DNA of 64,000 nt from Candidatus Marinacidobacterales bacterium (GCA_965224085.1 CBDCYI010000011.1:1312001-1376000), one strand, 5' to 3'. Numbered from the stretch's first letter, positions 30,170-41,254 are shown. Notes: generated from the letters alone by a model not told the origin. Program-made: numbers and translations.

Positions 30170-32038
30170 CTATTCGCCTCCGGGCCGGCGCCACGAAACT
30201 CGCGACAGCGTCAAGCGTGCACGTTGTTTCATTTCAAAAGCAAGATAATTTACACCTTGCAAGATAGGTGCGGAAGGCACAAAGACTTCTGCGCGGCCGT
30301 CGGCGCCGATTGTGAGCTCTCCGAGAGGGCGGCCGTTTAAGACGAGCTGCGCGCCGCCGCCGGGAGCCCCTTCGAACACAAGGCGATAGGCCGCGGGCTC
30401 GGCCAGAGCGACGAAGATCTCGGCTTCGCTCCCGCGCGTGCTACGGGTCGTCACCCGCCCGCGGCTCGGCAGGGTCCAGCCGCGCCCGAGGTAGAGCGCG
30501 TCATTGTCACCCATGCGGATATCCAAGTTATTCGAGAGCGCGAGCGCACCCTCGAGGTCGTACGTCGCTAGAGGCGTCCCCGAAGCCAGCGCACGCCTCA
30601 AAGTCGCCGGCCAGGACGGCGGATAGCCCGTCCGGTTGTAGACGAGCTCGATCCCATCCGCCGCCGCTTGCCGGAACGAGGCCGGCCCATCCGGAGGGAT
30701 GGCGCCTTCAAAATAGACGCCCATCAGCATTACGTTCCAAGCGACGAAAGGCCCGAGTAGAATGCCGGTGGCCACTAGCGGGCGTCGCTCGACCTGCCAA
30801 ACGATCCATTGGAGCGACACGGCGATCCCGAGCGCGAACGCAGGCAGCGCGGCATCGAAACGGCGCGAGCCGAAGGACGCTCCGGCCCACCAGTCATAAA
30901 CGGAGGCGTTGACGTACCAGGCCACGAGGATGGCACCGAGAAGCGACCCTCCGAGAACCGGCTTCCGGCGGAAAAAACCGGCGAGGCCAAAAACACCGAG
31001 CCACAACACCGGGGCCCAGGACAAAAGACCGTGGCGGGACGAAAACAGCACGGCCTCGAGCTCGGGCGCCGTCCAGTCGATGTAGCCGCCGCCCTGCGGG
31101 ATGAGAAAAAAACGTCCATAAAGCGCTTTCCAGTACAGGAACTGCGGCGAGAACACGAGGAAAAACGCCGCTCCAGCGGCCGCAATCTCTCTGACTTTCG
31201 GACGTCCGTGCATCGACCAGCTGACGGCGAATGCCACGGGAACAAAGACGACATTTTGCCAGCGCATGAGCGCGACGACACCGCCAAGCGCGCCGAGAAG
31301 AACGAAAGCTTTCACCCCGTGCGCTCCTTCGTGCGTCAACAGAAGGAAGCCGGCAACGCTCGCCATCGCCATGGCATGCGACATCGATGGCTCGAATACC
31401 ATGTACCAAACGTGGAAGGTTGCGAGCCACACGAGGAGCGTCGAGACAAAGGCAATACCCGAGGGAAAGTAGCAGCGTACGAAGCGAAAGAGACAAACGA
31501 CGCCGACGAAGCCCGCCACCACGGTACCCGTCGCGATCGCCGTGAAATAGGGATAGCCGAAGCCGGTCGGGCGGTAGAGGCCGAGCACGCCAAGAAGGTG
31601 CGCGAGCACAAACCACGGGATCCACACGAGCGCGGGCCCGATGCTGAAATTATTAGGAAGTCGCCCGGTCTCCGTTCGCTGGAAATAGCCCGCCGGTGCG
31701 CCGAGCACCCGATACTCGTTCTCGAAGTCGAGATCGCCGTCCACGACGAGCGAGTGGAGCGGCGAGTAATAAAAGATGCCGTCGCTCGCGACCCGCTGAG
31801 GCTGCAAGTAGAGGGCGGCTAAAACGAGAGGCAGAAGCATGAGCAGATAAGCTTCGAGGCGCTCCTCGCGCGTCTCTCGAGACCGCGCCCACAAAAGCAC
31901 GACGCCGAAAGTGACCGCGGCGAGGGCGATGACCCAGCCGCTCCAGTGGTCGCGAATCGCTTCGGGTACAGACCGCCTGAGAACGCCAAGCGTGACGAGC
32001 GCAGAAAACAAAAGAGTCAGAAGGCGCGAAAGCGTCAT
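30170..32038 (-). CDS. GT-C type membrane glycosyltransferase-like protein
   Basis: SDGIFYY...DGDLDFENE; multiple TM helices; HGLLSWAP; WWAGASFGSRRF. Confidence 0.75.
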   Translation of the reverse strand: MTLSRLLTLLFSALVTLGVLRRSVPEAIRDHWSGWVIALAAVTFGVVLLWARSRETREERLEAYLLMLLPLVLAALYLQPQRVASDGIFYYSPLHSLVVDGDLDFENEYRVLGAPAGYFQRTETGRLPNNFSIGPALVWIPWFVLAHLLGVLGLYRPTGFGYPYFTAIATGTVVAGFVGVVCLFRFVRCYFPSGIAFVSTLLVWLATFHVWYMVFEPSMSHAMAMASVAGFLLLTHEGAHGVKAFVLLGALGGVVALMRWQNVVFVPVAFAVSWSMHGRPKVREIAAAGAAFFLVFSPQFLYWKALYGRFFLIPQGGGYIDWTAPELEAVLFSSRHGLLSWAPVLWLGVFGLAGFFRRKPVLGGSLLGAILVAWYVNASVYDWWAGASFGSRRFDAALPAFALGIAVSLQWIVWQVERRPLVATGILLGPFVAWNVMLMGVYFEGAIPPDGPASFRQAAADGIELVYNRTGYPPSWPATLRRALASGTPLATYDLEGALALSNNLDIRMGDNDALYLGRGWTLPSRGRVTTRSTRGSEAEIFVALAEPAAYRLVFEGAPGGGAQLVLNGRPLGELTIGADGRAEVFVPSAPILQGVNYLAFEMKQRARLTLSRVSWRRPGGE

Positions 32039-32511
32039 CGCAGTATTTTTTGCAGGAGGACAGCGTCCTCACGCGGTCGTGAGTAATATTTTTTGCGCTC
32101 CCCGACCGCACTAAATCCAAGGGTCTTATAGAGGCTTTGCGCGACGACGTTGCTCGCGCGAACCTCGAGCTGGACCGCCACAACGCCATTGAACCTACAG
32201 TCCTCGATGGCGCGCAGAAGCAAATACCGCGCAAGGCCGCGGCGGCGGTGCCGCGGATGGACCGCCACGTTTTGGATGTGCAGCGTTTCGAAGACGATCC
32301 AGGAGATGCAATAGCCTGCGACGTCACGCGCGTCGTCTGTCGTGACGGCGACTCTTGGACGTGAGAACGCGTTCACCTCGATCTCGTGCACGAAGGAGTC
32401 GCGCGGCCACGGGTTCGAGTAGCTCAACCGCTCAATCACCTCGACCTCATCGAGGTGATCGGTAATCATCGGGATGAGGGCGTAGCACGACAAGAGGTCG
32501 ATAGCGCTCAC
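32035..32511 (-). CDS. rimI: Ribosomal protein S18-alanine N-acetyltransferase
   Basis: NVAVHPRHRRRGLA; LEVRASNVVAQSLY; KYYSRPREDA; follows tsaB. Confidence 0.9.
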   Translation of the reverse strand: MSAIDLLSCYALIPMITDHLDEVEVIERLSYSNPWPRDSFVHEIEVNAFSRPRVAVTTDDARDVAGYCISWIVFETLHIQNVAVHPRHRRRGLARYLLLRAIEDCRFNGVVAVQLEVRASNVVAQSLYKTLGFSAVGERKKYYSRPREDAVLLQKILR

Positions 32512-33206
32512 GACGTGGGGTCTTTCTGATTCAGCTGAGCATCGGACGGACGGATGTAGAGCGCGTGGAGTCCGCCGAGAGGCGCTCGCTCGCCACGCGC
32601 GAGCTTCTCCGCCCCGAGCCGGGCAACCTCTTCTGCGATAAAAAGAGACGGCTCTTCCAGCGCGACGCCAGCGGGATAGCGGGCCTCGAGCAAGGCGCGG
32701 TATTTCAGGATCGCGCTCCCCGCGATGAGCTGGGGTCGTTTCGGAAGCTCGTCGAGAAAGCGCTCGGGAGCCACGCACAGCGGCTCTCCCAGCGGATGCG
32801 TCCGCTCGCCGTCAGACGTGTAAGACCGGCCATAGACGTCGCCGCGATAAGCCCCCGCCAGCGCAACAATGAGGCCGCGGCGGCGGCGGAAACGATGCGC
32901 TGTTGCATCGAGCGTCGACACCCCAACGGCTGGCCGATCGAGCGCATAAGCGAGTCCTTCCACCGCCGCGATCCCAACCCTGAGGCCGCTGAAAGAGCCC
33001 GGGCCGATGGCAACGGCGAACGCTTCGACATCCTGGAGCCTTTTTTCGACGCCCGCGAGCAGGGCTTCGATGGACGGCAGGAGATTTTCGGCATGTCTCG
33101 GGCGTGCCGTCCAGAAGCCGAGGACCCCTATCAGCTCTTCGTCCTCCAAAAGAGCCAAGCTTCCATGGGCACTGGTCGTGTCCACGGCCAATACACGCGT
33201 CAACAT
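32508..33206 (-). CDS. tsaB: tRNA t6A biosynthesis protein TsaB
   Basis: LAVDTTS; GPGSFSGLRVG; LYIRPSDA. Confidence 0.93.
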   Translation of the reverse strand: MLTRVLAVDTTSAHGSLALLEDEELIGVLGFWTARPRHAENLLPSIEALLAGVEKRLQDVEAFAVAIGPGSFSGLRVGIAAVEGLAYALDRPAVGVSTLDATAHRFRRRRGLIVALAGAYRGDVYGRSYTSDGERTHPLGEPLCVAPERFLDELPKRPQLIAGSAILKYRALLEARYPAGVALEEPSLFIAEEVARLGAEKLARGERAPLGGLHALYIRPSDAQLNQKDPTS

Positions 33207-33261
33207 CAATGGTGCACGAATCTTACCTCCGTTTACGGCCCGCGGTACAATGCGCGCGACC

Positions 33262-35925
33262 ATGGCGACTTCGACGGGCCGAGCCCAGCATAAAACCACA
33301 AAAACGGCCACGCCTGCGATGCGGCAGTTCCACGAGATCAAAGCGCAAGCCGAGGACGCTATCCTTTTTTTCCGCATGGGCGATTTCTACGAGATGTTCT
33401 ACGACGACGCCCTCAAAGCCGCGCGCGCCCTCGAGCTCACGCTCACCTCCAGGCAAAAAGACCCCGCTGGCGCCGCGATCCCGATGTGCGGTATCCCCTA
33501 CCACGCCGCCGATACCTACGTGGGCCGGCTCATCCGCGGCGGCTTCAAAGTCGCCATTTGCGACCAGGTCGAGGATGCCAAGGAGGCCAAGGGCATCGTT
33601 CGCCGCGAGATCGTCCGCGTCGTCACCCCCTCGACCTATCTGCACCAAGGCTATCTCGAAGCCAAAGAGCCGAGCTATCTCATGGCGGTCTCCTCGACCA
33701 AGAGTGCTGTGGGCGCAGCGCTCGCGGATCTTTCCACTGGAGACTTCGTCGCCTTCGAGTTCGAAGGCGAGGAGCGGTGGCAAAAAATCGCGGAGACGCT
33801 CTCGACCTACCGCCCGCGCGAGATCCTCTATCCCGAAGGCAAACCCCTTTCCGACGACGTCTTCGCCCAATGGGGGCCTGAAGGCGACCCCCCCATCACG
33901 ACGGAGCGCGACAACTGGCGTTTCGAGCACGAAGCGAGCCGTAGCCTCTTGTTGCGTCAATTCGCGACACTGTCGCTCGAAGGCTTCGGCCTGGAGACGA
34001 AACCGCTCGCGGTCGGCGCGGCCGGCGCCGCCCTCCAATATTTGGAAGAAACGCAGCGCGGCGAGCTCACCCATATCTCTGGAATCCGCTGCCTGGAAGA
34101 AGCGGACTACCTGATCCTCGACCCGGTTACGCAAAGAAATCTCGAGCTCACGCACTCGCTCAGCGAGGGTGGCCGACGCGGCAGCCTCATCGACGTGCTC
34201 GACCGTACGACGACGTCGATGGGCGCGCGCACCCTAAAAAGTTGGCTAACGCGCCCGCTCGTCGATATCGAAGCCATCGGAAGGCGGCTCGACGCCGTCG
34301 AAGAACTCGCCTTCGACGTCATCCAAAGAGCCAAGATTCGAGAGACACTCAAAGACGTGCTCGATCTCGAGCGGCTTCTCAGCCGCGTCACGCTCAGCTC
34401 GGCGGGGCCTCGTGACTTCGTCGGCCTTCAAACCTCGCTCTCGAAGATGCCGGCCCTCCGCGGGCTCACCGCCGAAGCGAATGCCGTCCTCTTGCGCGAG
34501 CTTCACGAAGCACTCGATCCGGTCGAAGAGGTGCGAGACGACATCGAGCGGACACTCGTCTCCGAGCCCCCGGCTTTGCTCAAAGACGGTGGAACCATCC
34601 GCGAAAACGTCTCCGAAGCGCTCGACGAACTTCGCCGCCTACGTAGCGAAGGCAAGTCGACGCTCACCGAGATCGAGAAGCGCGAGCGCGCCCGCACCGG
34701 CATCACATCGCTCAAGATCCGCTTCAACAAAGTCTTCGGCTACTACCTCGAAGTCACCAAGTCGAAGCTCGACGCGGTGCCTGACGACTACATCCGCAAA
34801 CAGACGCTCGTAGGCGCGGAGCGTTACATCACGCCCGAGCTCAAGGAATACGAAGAAAAGATTCTCGGCGCCGAAGACCGTATCCAGGCGATCGAGCGGG
34901 AGCTTTTCGAGGCGCTGAATCAGCGGGTCAAATCTCACGCACCCCGGATCCGCGCTACGGCGCAAGCCGTAGCGGTGCTCGACGTCTTGACAGGACTCGC
35001 CGATGTCGCGACCGCTGGCAATCTCACCAAGCCGCGCCTTCACGACGGCTTCGAGATCGACGTCAAGGACGGACGCCACCCGGTCATCGAAGCCACGAGC
35101 CAAGAGCCTTTCGTTCCCAATGACATAGCACTGGACGAGAACCGCTACGTCGTCATCCTCACGGGCCCGAACATGGGCGGCAAGTCGACTTTTCTCCGGC
35201 AAACGGCGCTCATCTTGCTCATGGCGCAGATGGGCTCTTTCGTTCCGGCCGCAGAAGCGAAGCTCCCCATCGTCGACCGCATCTTCACCCGCGTCGGTGC
35301 TTCGGACAATTTGTTCCGCGGACGTTCGACCTTCATGGTCGAGATGCAAGAGACGGCGCACATCCTGCACCACGCAACCCCGAAGAGCTTGATCCTGCTC
35401 GACGAGATCGGGCGCGGCACGGCGACCTATGACGGGTTGTCGCTCGCATGGTCCGTCGCCGAGCACATCGCGACCGAGGCGAAGCTTAGGTCGAAGACCA
35501 TCTTCGCCACCCACTATCACGAGCTCACCGACCTCGCCGCCGAGCTTCCCGGCGTCGTGAACTACCACGTGTCGGCCCGCGAGTGGCAGGACGAGATCGT
35601 CTTCCTGCGCAAAGTACTCGAAGGCGGCTCCGACAGAAGCTACGGGATTCAAGTCGCGCGGCTAGCGGGTCTTCCGCCTTCGCTCATCCGCCGCGCACAG
35701 CAGATTCTCCTGAATCTCGAAAAGACGGAGTTCGATCTCGAAGGCCGGCCGCGGGTGACCGGAGAGAGCTCGCTTGGAAGCGGGGCGCGACAGATGTCGC
35801 TCTTCGCGGACGCCGAAGACCGCGTCGTCTCCGAGCTGCGGCGGGTGGAGCCTGAAACGATGACACCGCTCGAGGCGCTTCAGCTCGTAGCGCAGCTCAA
35901 AGAGCGGCTCGATGCGATGGAGTAG
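33262..35925 (+). CDS. mutS: DNA mismatch repair protein MutS
   Basis: FFRMGDFYEMF; TGPNMGGKST; DEIGRGT; FATHYHEL; SYGIQVA. Confidence 0.98.
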   Translation: MATSTGRAQHKTTKTATPAMRQFHEIKAQAEDAILFFRMGDFYEMFYDDALKAARALELTLTSRQKDPAGAAIPMCGIPYHAADTYVGRLIRGGFKVAICDQVEDAKEAKGIVRREIVRVVTPSTYLHQGYLEAKEPSYLMAVSSTKSAVGAALADLSTGDFVAFEFEGEERWQKIAETLSTYRPREILYPEGKPLSDDVFAQWGPEGDPPITTERDNWRFEHEASRSLLLRQFATLSLEGFGLETKPLAVGAAGAALQYLEETQRGELTHISGIRCLEEADYLILDPVTQRNLELTHSLSEGGRRGSLIDVLDRTTTSMGARTLKSWLTRPLVDIEAIGRRLDAVEELAFDVIQRAKIRETLKDVLDLERLLSRVTLSSAGPRDFVGLQTSLSKMPALRGLTAEANAVLLRELHEALDPVEEVRDDIERTLVSEPPALLKDGGTIRENVSEALDELRRLRSEGKSTLTEIEKRERARTGITSLKIRFNKVFGYYLEVTKSKLDAVPDDYIRKQTLVGAERYITPELKEYEEKILGAEDRIQAIERELFEALNQRVKSHAPRIRATAQAVAVLDVLTGLADVATAGNLTKPRLHDGFEIDVKDGRHPVIEATSQEPFVPNDIALDENRYVVILTGPNMGGKSTFLRQTALILLMAQMGSFVPAAEAKLPIVDRIFTRVGASDNLFRGRSTFMVEMQETAHILHHATPKSLILLDEIGRGTATYDGLSLAWSVAEHIATEAKLRSKTIFATHYHELTDLAAELPGVVNYHVSAREWQDEIVFLRKVLEGGSDRSYGIQVARLAGLPPSLIRRAQQILLNLEKTEFDLEGRPRVTGESSLGSGARQMSLFADAEDRVVSELRRVEPETMTPLEALQLVAQLKERLDAME

Positions 35926-36204
35926 GGTCGACTGAATAATTCGCCGTTCGTTGGCTAGCCTAAATCCGAATTCGTGTTCACATCCCGACCGGAACGCCAA
36001 TGGCGCGGAGGACGGCGATCTCCACCTGCGCGAGGAGCTTCCCGTCCAACCCGGCCTGTTCAGATCAACTGAGGGCTAATAGAGAAAGCTCGTCAGCGCG
36101 CGCTTCAATCCATGCGCTAGAACCGCAACTCAGACTCCCACAGCCGCAGCTTGTTTCCTAGAACCGCAGCTCATGCTACAAGAACCAGGCAGGAGCTCTA
36201 TCCG

Positions 36205-36435
36205 CAGGGCGCTCATCAACATCTCCGAGCTCCGCCGCGGGCCTGTCGATCCGAAAGACGTCTATTTCTTGGAACACTCTGGTCGTGCGGTAAAGACGCC
36301 CTCTGCGTGACACCGGATGGCAAGCGCTTTCGTGATGCTCTGGAGAGGGGATCCGAAAACGCCATCGCGGGCGGGAAAATCAACATCGACACCAACGCGC
36401 TCGAGGGAATGGACCGTCTCGATCCCAGCGACTAA
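36205..36435 (+). pseudogene. Decayed fragments: LytTR-like N-terminus and a TolB/Ser-Thr kinase propeller-like C-terminus
   Basis: RALINISELRRGPVDPKDVYFLE, then VTPDGKRF...KINIDTNALEGMDRLDP; recognised from motif memory only. Confidence 0.35.
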
Positions 36436-36494
36436 TCGTTCACGCCGAAAACGAACCTTACCACGGCCTCATGGGCGATTCGCCTGCGTATGTT

Positions 36495-36703
36495 CTTTTA
36501 GTTCAGCGTGAGCGGATCATCGCCAGTGGCTGGCCGCTCGCGAGAGCTCTAAGAAGCGGCCGAGTGGCTCACCTGAGGAAGAAGTTTTGGGGCCGGCACT
36601 TCTGGGCCCGAGGATATCTGGCGGTGACTCCTTTTAGTTCAGCGTGAGCTCGTACGGCATCATCGCCAGTGGCTGGCCGCTCGCGAGAGCTCTAAGAAGC
36701 GGC
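36495..36703. repeat. Degenerate direct repeat of the sppA 3' end
   Basis: 36495-36560 matches 36631-36703 apart from 7 missing nt. Confidence 0.9.
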
Positions 36704-38430
36704 GATCGACGGAGGAACTCCGTTGGCGAGAGCGCTCGTGCCGGGAGCTGCAACACGTCACGCGTCTGAATAAAGCTAGATAAAAGAGCCTCGAAGATAT
36801 TTTTCTTCTCCGGATAAATAACCAAAGCAACGCGATCCGTCGGATCGAGGTCGATTTTTTCCTTGGCAATGGCGATCGCGCGCTCGAGACCGCCGAGCTC
36901 GTCGACGAGCCCGTGCTCGAGGGCGGAGCGGCCCATCCACACGCGGCCTTGCGCCACGGCGTGGACTTCTTCCGTCGTTTTGCCTCGCGCCTCGGCGACT
37001 CTCTCGAGAAAAGCTTGATAGCCGGATTCGATCATCGTACGGAACTGCGCGCGCTCTTCAGGGGTGAAGCTCCGGTTGTCGCTAAAGAAGTCCGCATTGG
37101 CCGTGCTCGAGACGCCGTCGCGGGAGACGCCTACCTTCTCGTAGAGGCCGGACAAGTTGAACTTTCCGGCGTAGATCCCAATGGACCCGGTGATCGTTGT
37201 CGGTTCCGCCAAGATCGTGTCGGACGCCATCGCAATCCAATAGCCGCCCGAAGCCGCTACGTTGGCCATCGAAACGATGACGGGCTTTTTCTCGCGGGTG
37301 AGTTGGGCTTCGCGCCAAATTACATCGGAAGCCACGTCACTTCCGCCGGGGCTATCGATGCGGAAGATGACCGCGTCGATAGAGTCGTCTTCACGCACGG
37401 TCTTGAATGCGTCACCAATCGTGTCCGAGCCCATCACCCGGCCGAAGACAGAATCTTCGCGGTTGGTGCCGCCGACGATCGCTCCGACGCCGTAGATCAA
37501 CGCGACGCGTCCATCGACACTGAATGACGACCGGCGGCTGGCTTGGTAATAGTTTGCCACCGTCATCGTCTTCGGTTCTTCGCCCTCTTCGGCGAGCTTC
37601 GCGCGCACTTCGTCCATGTAGTGCAACCCGTTTACGAGACGATGCTCTATCGATTGCTCGGCTGTGAACGGTCCCGCAGCGATGAGGGCGTTCACTGCCG
37701 GCGGGTCGATGCCGCGGCCTTGCGCGATCGCGGTGATCATGGTTTCGTGGAGCGTGTCGACGACCTCGCCTATCGCTTCTCGGCTCGCCTCGCTCATGTT
37801 CTCGCGCAAGAACATGTCGGGCGCGTCCTTGTAATCACCGAACCGCTCGAACTCGGCTTCGACGCCGAGTTTGTCGAGCGCCGACTTCACGAACATCAGC
37901 TCTGCGCGCACGCCCCGCAGATCGATCATCCCGCGTGGATGGAGATAGATTTGATCCGCCGCTGAAGCGAGAAAGTAGTCGCGGTTTCCCGCATATTCGA
38001 TGAACGCAACGATCGCTTTGCCCGAGTTCTTGAAGTCGAGAAGCTGTCGGTGAAGCTCGAACATGTTCGCCCAACCGAGCCCAGTGCCGCGGACGTGCAA
38101 AAGGAGCTTCTCGATACGGGCGTCCTCTTTGGCGGTGCGCACCGCGAATAGAAGCTCGCGAAACGTGATGTCCTTGACTTCGACGAAGGGCCCGCTCATG
38201 TCGTAGAGCGGGTCTTCGGGGTAGGGGCGCGCGAGATCGATGCTCAAAGCCGTGCCGCTAGTGAGCGACGGCGCCCGAGGCCCCATGCTCCTGAAAAGCG
38301 CGTAGAAAGTCGCGGTAAGCAGGAACAACGTGCCCCCGGAAAAGATGACGAGCCACAACAGCCAGCTCGGCCGGCGCGCCCGCGGCTGCTCGGGCTCGGT
38401 ATACGGCCCCGGAGCTTCGGTTTCAATCAC
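36634..38430 (-). CDS. sppA: Signal peptide peptidase SppA (67K type)
   Basis: GDYKDA; RIDSPGGS; AASGGY; TGSIG; QGRVWMG. Confidence 0.93.
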   Translation of the reverse strand: MIETEAPGPYTEPEQPRARRPSWLLWLVIFSGGTLFLLTATFYALFRSMGPRAPSLTSGTALSIDLARPYPEDPLYDMSGPFVEVKDITFRELLFAVRTAKEDARIEKLLLHVRGTGLGWANMFELHRQLLDFKNSGKAIVAFIEYAGNRDYFLASAADQIYLHPRGMIDLRGVRAELMFVKSALDKLGVEAEFERFGDYKDAPDMFLRENMSEASREAIGEVVDTLHETMITAIAQGRGIDPPAVNALIAAGPFTAEQSIEHRLVNGLHYMDEVRAKLAEEGEEPKTMTVANYYQASRRSSFSVDGRVALIYGVGAIVGGTNREDSVFGRVMGSDTIGDAFKTVREDDSIDAVIFRIDSPGGSDVASDVIWREAQLTREKKPVIVSMANVAASGGYWIAMASDTILAEPTTITGSIGIYAGKFNLSGLYEKVGVSRDGVSSTANADFFSDNRSFTPEERAQFRTMIESGYQAFLERVAEARGKTTEEVHAVAQGRVWMGRSALEHGLVDELGGLERAIAIAKEKIDLDPTDRVALVIYPEKKNIFEALLSSFIQTRDVLQLPARALSPTEFLRRSPLLRALASGQPLAMMPYELTLN

Positions 38431-39172
38431 TGACGTTCGCGTCGCCTTCGAGCGAGAGCGAGAGGATCTCGCGTCGGGTCGTCGCCTCGCTGCTGAGTTG
38501 AGACGCCGGGTGCTCGGAAAGCATCCGGTCGTAATATTGCCGTGCCTGCTCCAAGTTTCCCGAGCGCTCTTCGAGCTTGGCGAGCGCGTAGAGCAACTCG
38601 TCTTTGGGAAGCGGATTGTCGGCGTCCTCGACTAGACTCCGGTAGATCTCTCCGGCAGCCGCGGGATCCCCGCGATCCGAGCGCACCGAAGCCAAAGTGC
38701 GCGACGCAAGGTACCAAATCAAATCACGATTACTCGAACGCACCGTCTCGAGCGAGCCGTCAGCGGCCACGAGGTCGGAGAGACCCACCTGGCAAAGCGC
38801 GACATAGTATCGAGCATGCCGGCCTTCGGCGTAGCGGCGATATTCGTTGGCCACCGCGTCGAAGAATTCGAGTGCGGTTCGATACTTCTCTTCCGTGGTG
38901 GCAAAGTTGACGACGTTCGGGTTCGGGAGCGCACCATCACCCGAGCGCACAACACCGTGATACTGCCTGAGGGCCTCGGTCAAGAGTACTTGTGCCGTCG
39001 TGGACTGCCGGCTACGGTGGATGGAGAGCCCGCCAAGAAGGAGCGCCGCCCCCACGACCACGAGGACGCCATTGATGAGGTTCTTCTGGTGGGTCATCCC
39101 CCAGGCCAGGACATGGTCGAGCCAGTGAACGAACTCGTCCTGCTTCAAATGATGTCGTTCCGCTCGCTTCAC
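38423..39172 (-). CDS. Membrane-anchored TPR protein (YfgM-like)
   Basis: MKRAERHHLKQDEF, one TM helix, TPR-like helices. Confidence 0.75.
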   Translation of the reverse strand: MKRAERHHLKQDEFVHWLDHVLAWGMTHQKNLINGVLVVVGAALLLGGLSIHRSRQSTTAQVLLTEALRQYHGVVRSGDGALPNPNVVNFATTEEKYRTALEFFDAVANEYRRYAEGRHARYYVALCQVGLSDLVAADGSLETVRSSNRDLIWYLASRTLASVRSDRGDPAAAGEIYRSLVEDADNPLPKDELLYALAKLEERSGNLEQARQYYDRMLSEHPASQLSSEATTRREILSLSLEGDANVSD

Positions 39173-39318
39173 GCACTTACCTCCGAAACTTCAACCCAAA
39201 ACTTTAACATTGAGTCTCCCTCGCGGCCGTTCGGCTGTCAACTCGCGAAGCCGCTCCCCTCTATGGTAAGACTGCGCGACCTTTCTTACTAGCAGCACTC
39301 TGGAGACACTTAGTCAAC

Positions 39319-41244
39319 ATGACGTTGTTCGGCGAGCAGGACGCCTATTTGTTCCGGGAGGGAACGCATACCCGGCTTCACGACCGCCTCGGCGCCCATC
39401 TCGGTGAGCACGATAATACCGCGGGGTGTTTCTTTTCGGTTTGGGCTCCGGGCGCCGCCGAGGTTTTTGTGACCGGCGATTTCAATGCATGGGAGGCGGA
39501 CGCTGCACCGATGGGGATCGACGAATCCACCGGCATCTGGACGCGGTTCGAGCCGGGAGTCCGCGATGGGAACTCGTACAAATACCACGTCCGGTCGCGC
39601 CTCAAAGGGTATCGCGTCGACAAATCGGATCCGTTCGCTTTCTTTCGCGAGGTGCCTCCGGAGACCGCATCGATCGTGTGGCCGCTCGATTACGACTGGA
39701 ACGACGCGGCATGGATGGACTCCCGAGAGACACCGAACGCGCTCGACGCGCCCTGGTCGATTTACGAGGTTCATCTTGGTTCATGGCGCCGGAGCGCCGA
39801 CGGGACAGAGCCACACTATCGTGAGCTCGCGAAAGCACTTGCGGACTACGTGCTCGATCTCGGCTTTACCCACGTCGAGCTCCTACCGGTCATGGAGCAT
39901 CCTTACTATCCGTCCTGGGGTTATCAAACAACGGGCTATTTCGCGCCGACGAGCCGGTATGGCACGCCTCAGGACTTCATGTACTTCGTGGACGTTCTGC
40001 ATCAAGCCGGGATCGGCGTGATCCTGGATTGGGTGCCCTCGCATTATCCCTCCGATGCCCACGGGCTCGGTTTTTTCGACGGCACCTATCTCTACGAGCA
40101 CGCGGATCCGAGAAGACGCATCCACCCCGACTGGGACAGCTTGGAGTTCAACTACGCGCGCGGCGAGGTCCGCAGCTTTCTTTTGAGTAGTGCCGCCTTC
40201 TGGCTCGACTATTACCACGCCGACGGTCTGCGTGTGGACGCCGTCGCCTCGATGCTCTATCTCGACTATTCGCGGGGCGAAGGCGAGTGGACGCCGAATC
40301 GCTTCGGCGGCCACGAGCATCTCGAAGCGATGGATTTTCTTCGCCGCTTCAACGTTTCGAGCTATCGCGATCGTGGCGGCACCCAGACGATTGCGGAAGA
40401 ATCCACCGCGTGGCCGCTCGTCTCGCACCCGACTTATGTCGGCGGGCTCGGCTTTGGCATGAAGTGGGACATGGGCTTCATGCACGACACGCTCGACTAT
40501 CTAAAGGAAGCTCCGCGCTTTCGCAAGTTCCATCAGGAAAAGCTCACGTTTAGACCCATGTACGCCTTCTCGGAGAACTTCACGCTCCCTCTCTCGCACG
40601 ACGAAGTCGTGCACGGCAAAGGCTCGCTTTTGACCAAGATGCCTGGAGATGAGGACTGGGAGCAGTTCGCCAACCTCCGTCTCCTCTATGCCTACATGTG
40701 GGGTCAGCCCGGGAAGAAGCTCCTATTCATGGGCGGCGAACTGGGCCAGCGCCCCGAATGGGATCACGACCGAGCGCTCGAGTGGTTTGTGCTCGACGAG
40801 CCTCTTCATAAAGGTATCCAAAACTGGGTGCGCGATCTGAATAGGTTGTACAAAAGCGAAGCCGCGAGCCACGAGAAAGACTTCGCCGCGGATGGGTTCG
40901 AATGGGTCAACTGCCAGAACACGGGGACGAACGTGCTATCGTTTCTACGCAAAGGAGAAAAAAGCGCGAGGCCCCTTCTTCTCGTCTACAATTTCAGCAC
41001 CGAAGTCTACCGCGACTTTCGGGTCGGGGTTCCCATCGAAGGACGTTGGGACGAGCTTCTGAACAGCGACAGCGAACATTATGGAGGGCGTGGCGAAGGC
41101 AATCTGGGCGGTGTGGACACCGAGGACGTGCCATGTGACCAGCACCCGTATTCTCTATCACTTACCCTGCCCGCCCTGTCTGGGCTCTTTTTCGGGGCCG
41201 CGAGCGAGCGCAAGAAGCGAACCATTACTGTGCGCCGCAAATGA
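39319..41244 (+). CDS. glgB: 1,4-alpha-glucan branching enzyme
   Basis: IYEVHLGSW; DWVPSH; GLRVDAVASM; AEESTAW; LSHDEVVHGK. Confidence 0.97.
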   Translation: MTLFGEQDAYLFREGTHTRLHDRLGAHLGEHDNTAGCFFSVWAPGAAEVFVTGDFNAWEADAAPMGIDESTGIWTRFEPGVRDGNSYKYHVRSRLKGYRVDKSDPFAFFREVPPETASIVWPLDYDWNDAAWMDSRETPNALDAPWSIYEVHLGSWRRSADGTEPHYRELAKALADYVLDLGFTHVELLPVMEHPYYPSWGYQTTGYFAPTSRYGTPQDFMYFVDVLHQAGIGVILDWVPSHYPSDAHGLGFFDGTYLYEHADPRRRIHPDWDSLEFNYARGEVRSFLLSSAAFWLDYYHADGLRVDAVASMLYLDYSRGEGEWTPNRFGGHEHLEAMDFLRRFNVSSYRDRGGTQTIAEESTAWPLVSHPTYVGGLGFGMKWDMGFMHDTLDYLKEAPRFRKFHQEKLTFRPMYAFSENFTLPLSHDEVVHGKGSLLTKMPGDEDWEQFANLRLLYAYMWGQPGKKLLFMGGELGQRPEWDHDRALEWFVLDEPLHKGIQNWVRDLNRLYKSEAASHEKDFAADGFEWVNCQNTGTNVLSFLRKGEKSARPLLLVYNFSTEVYRDFRVGVPIEGRWDELLNSDSEHYGGRGEGNLGGVDTEDVPCDQHPYSLSLTLPALSGLFFGAASERKKRTITVRRK

Positions 41245-41254
41245 TTTCTGAGCC

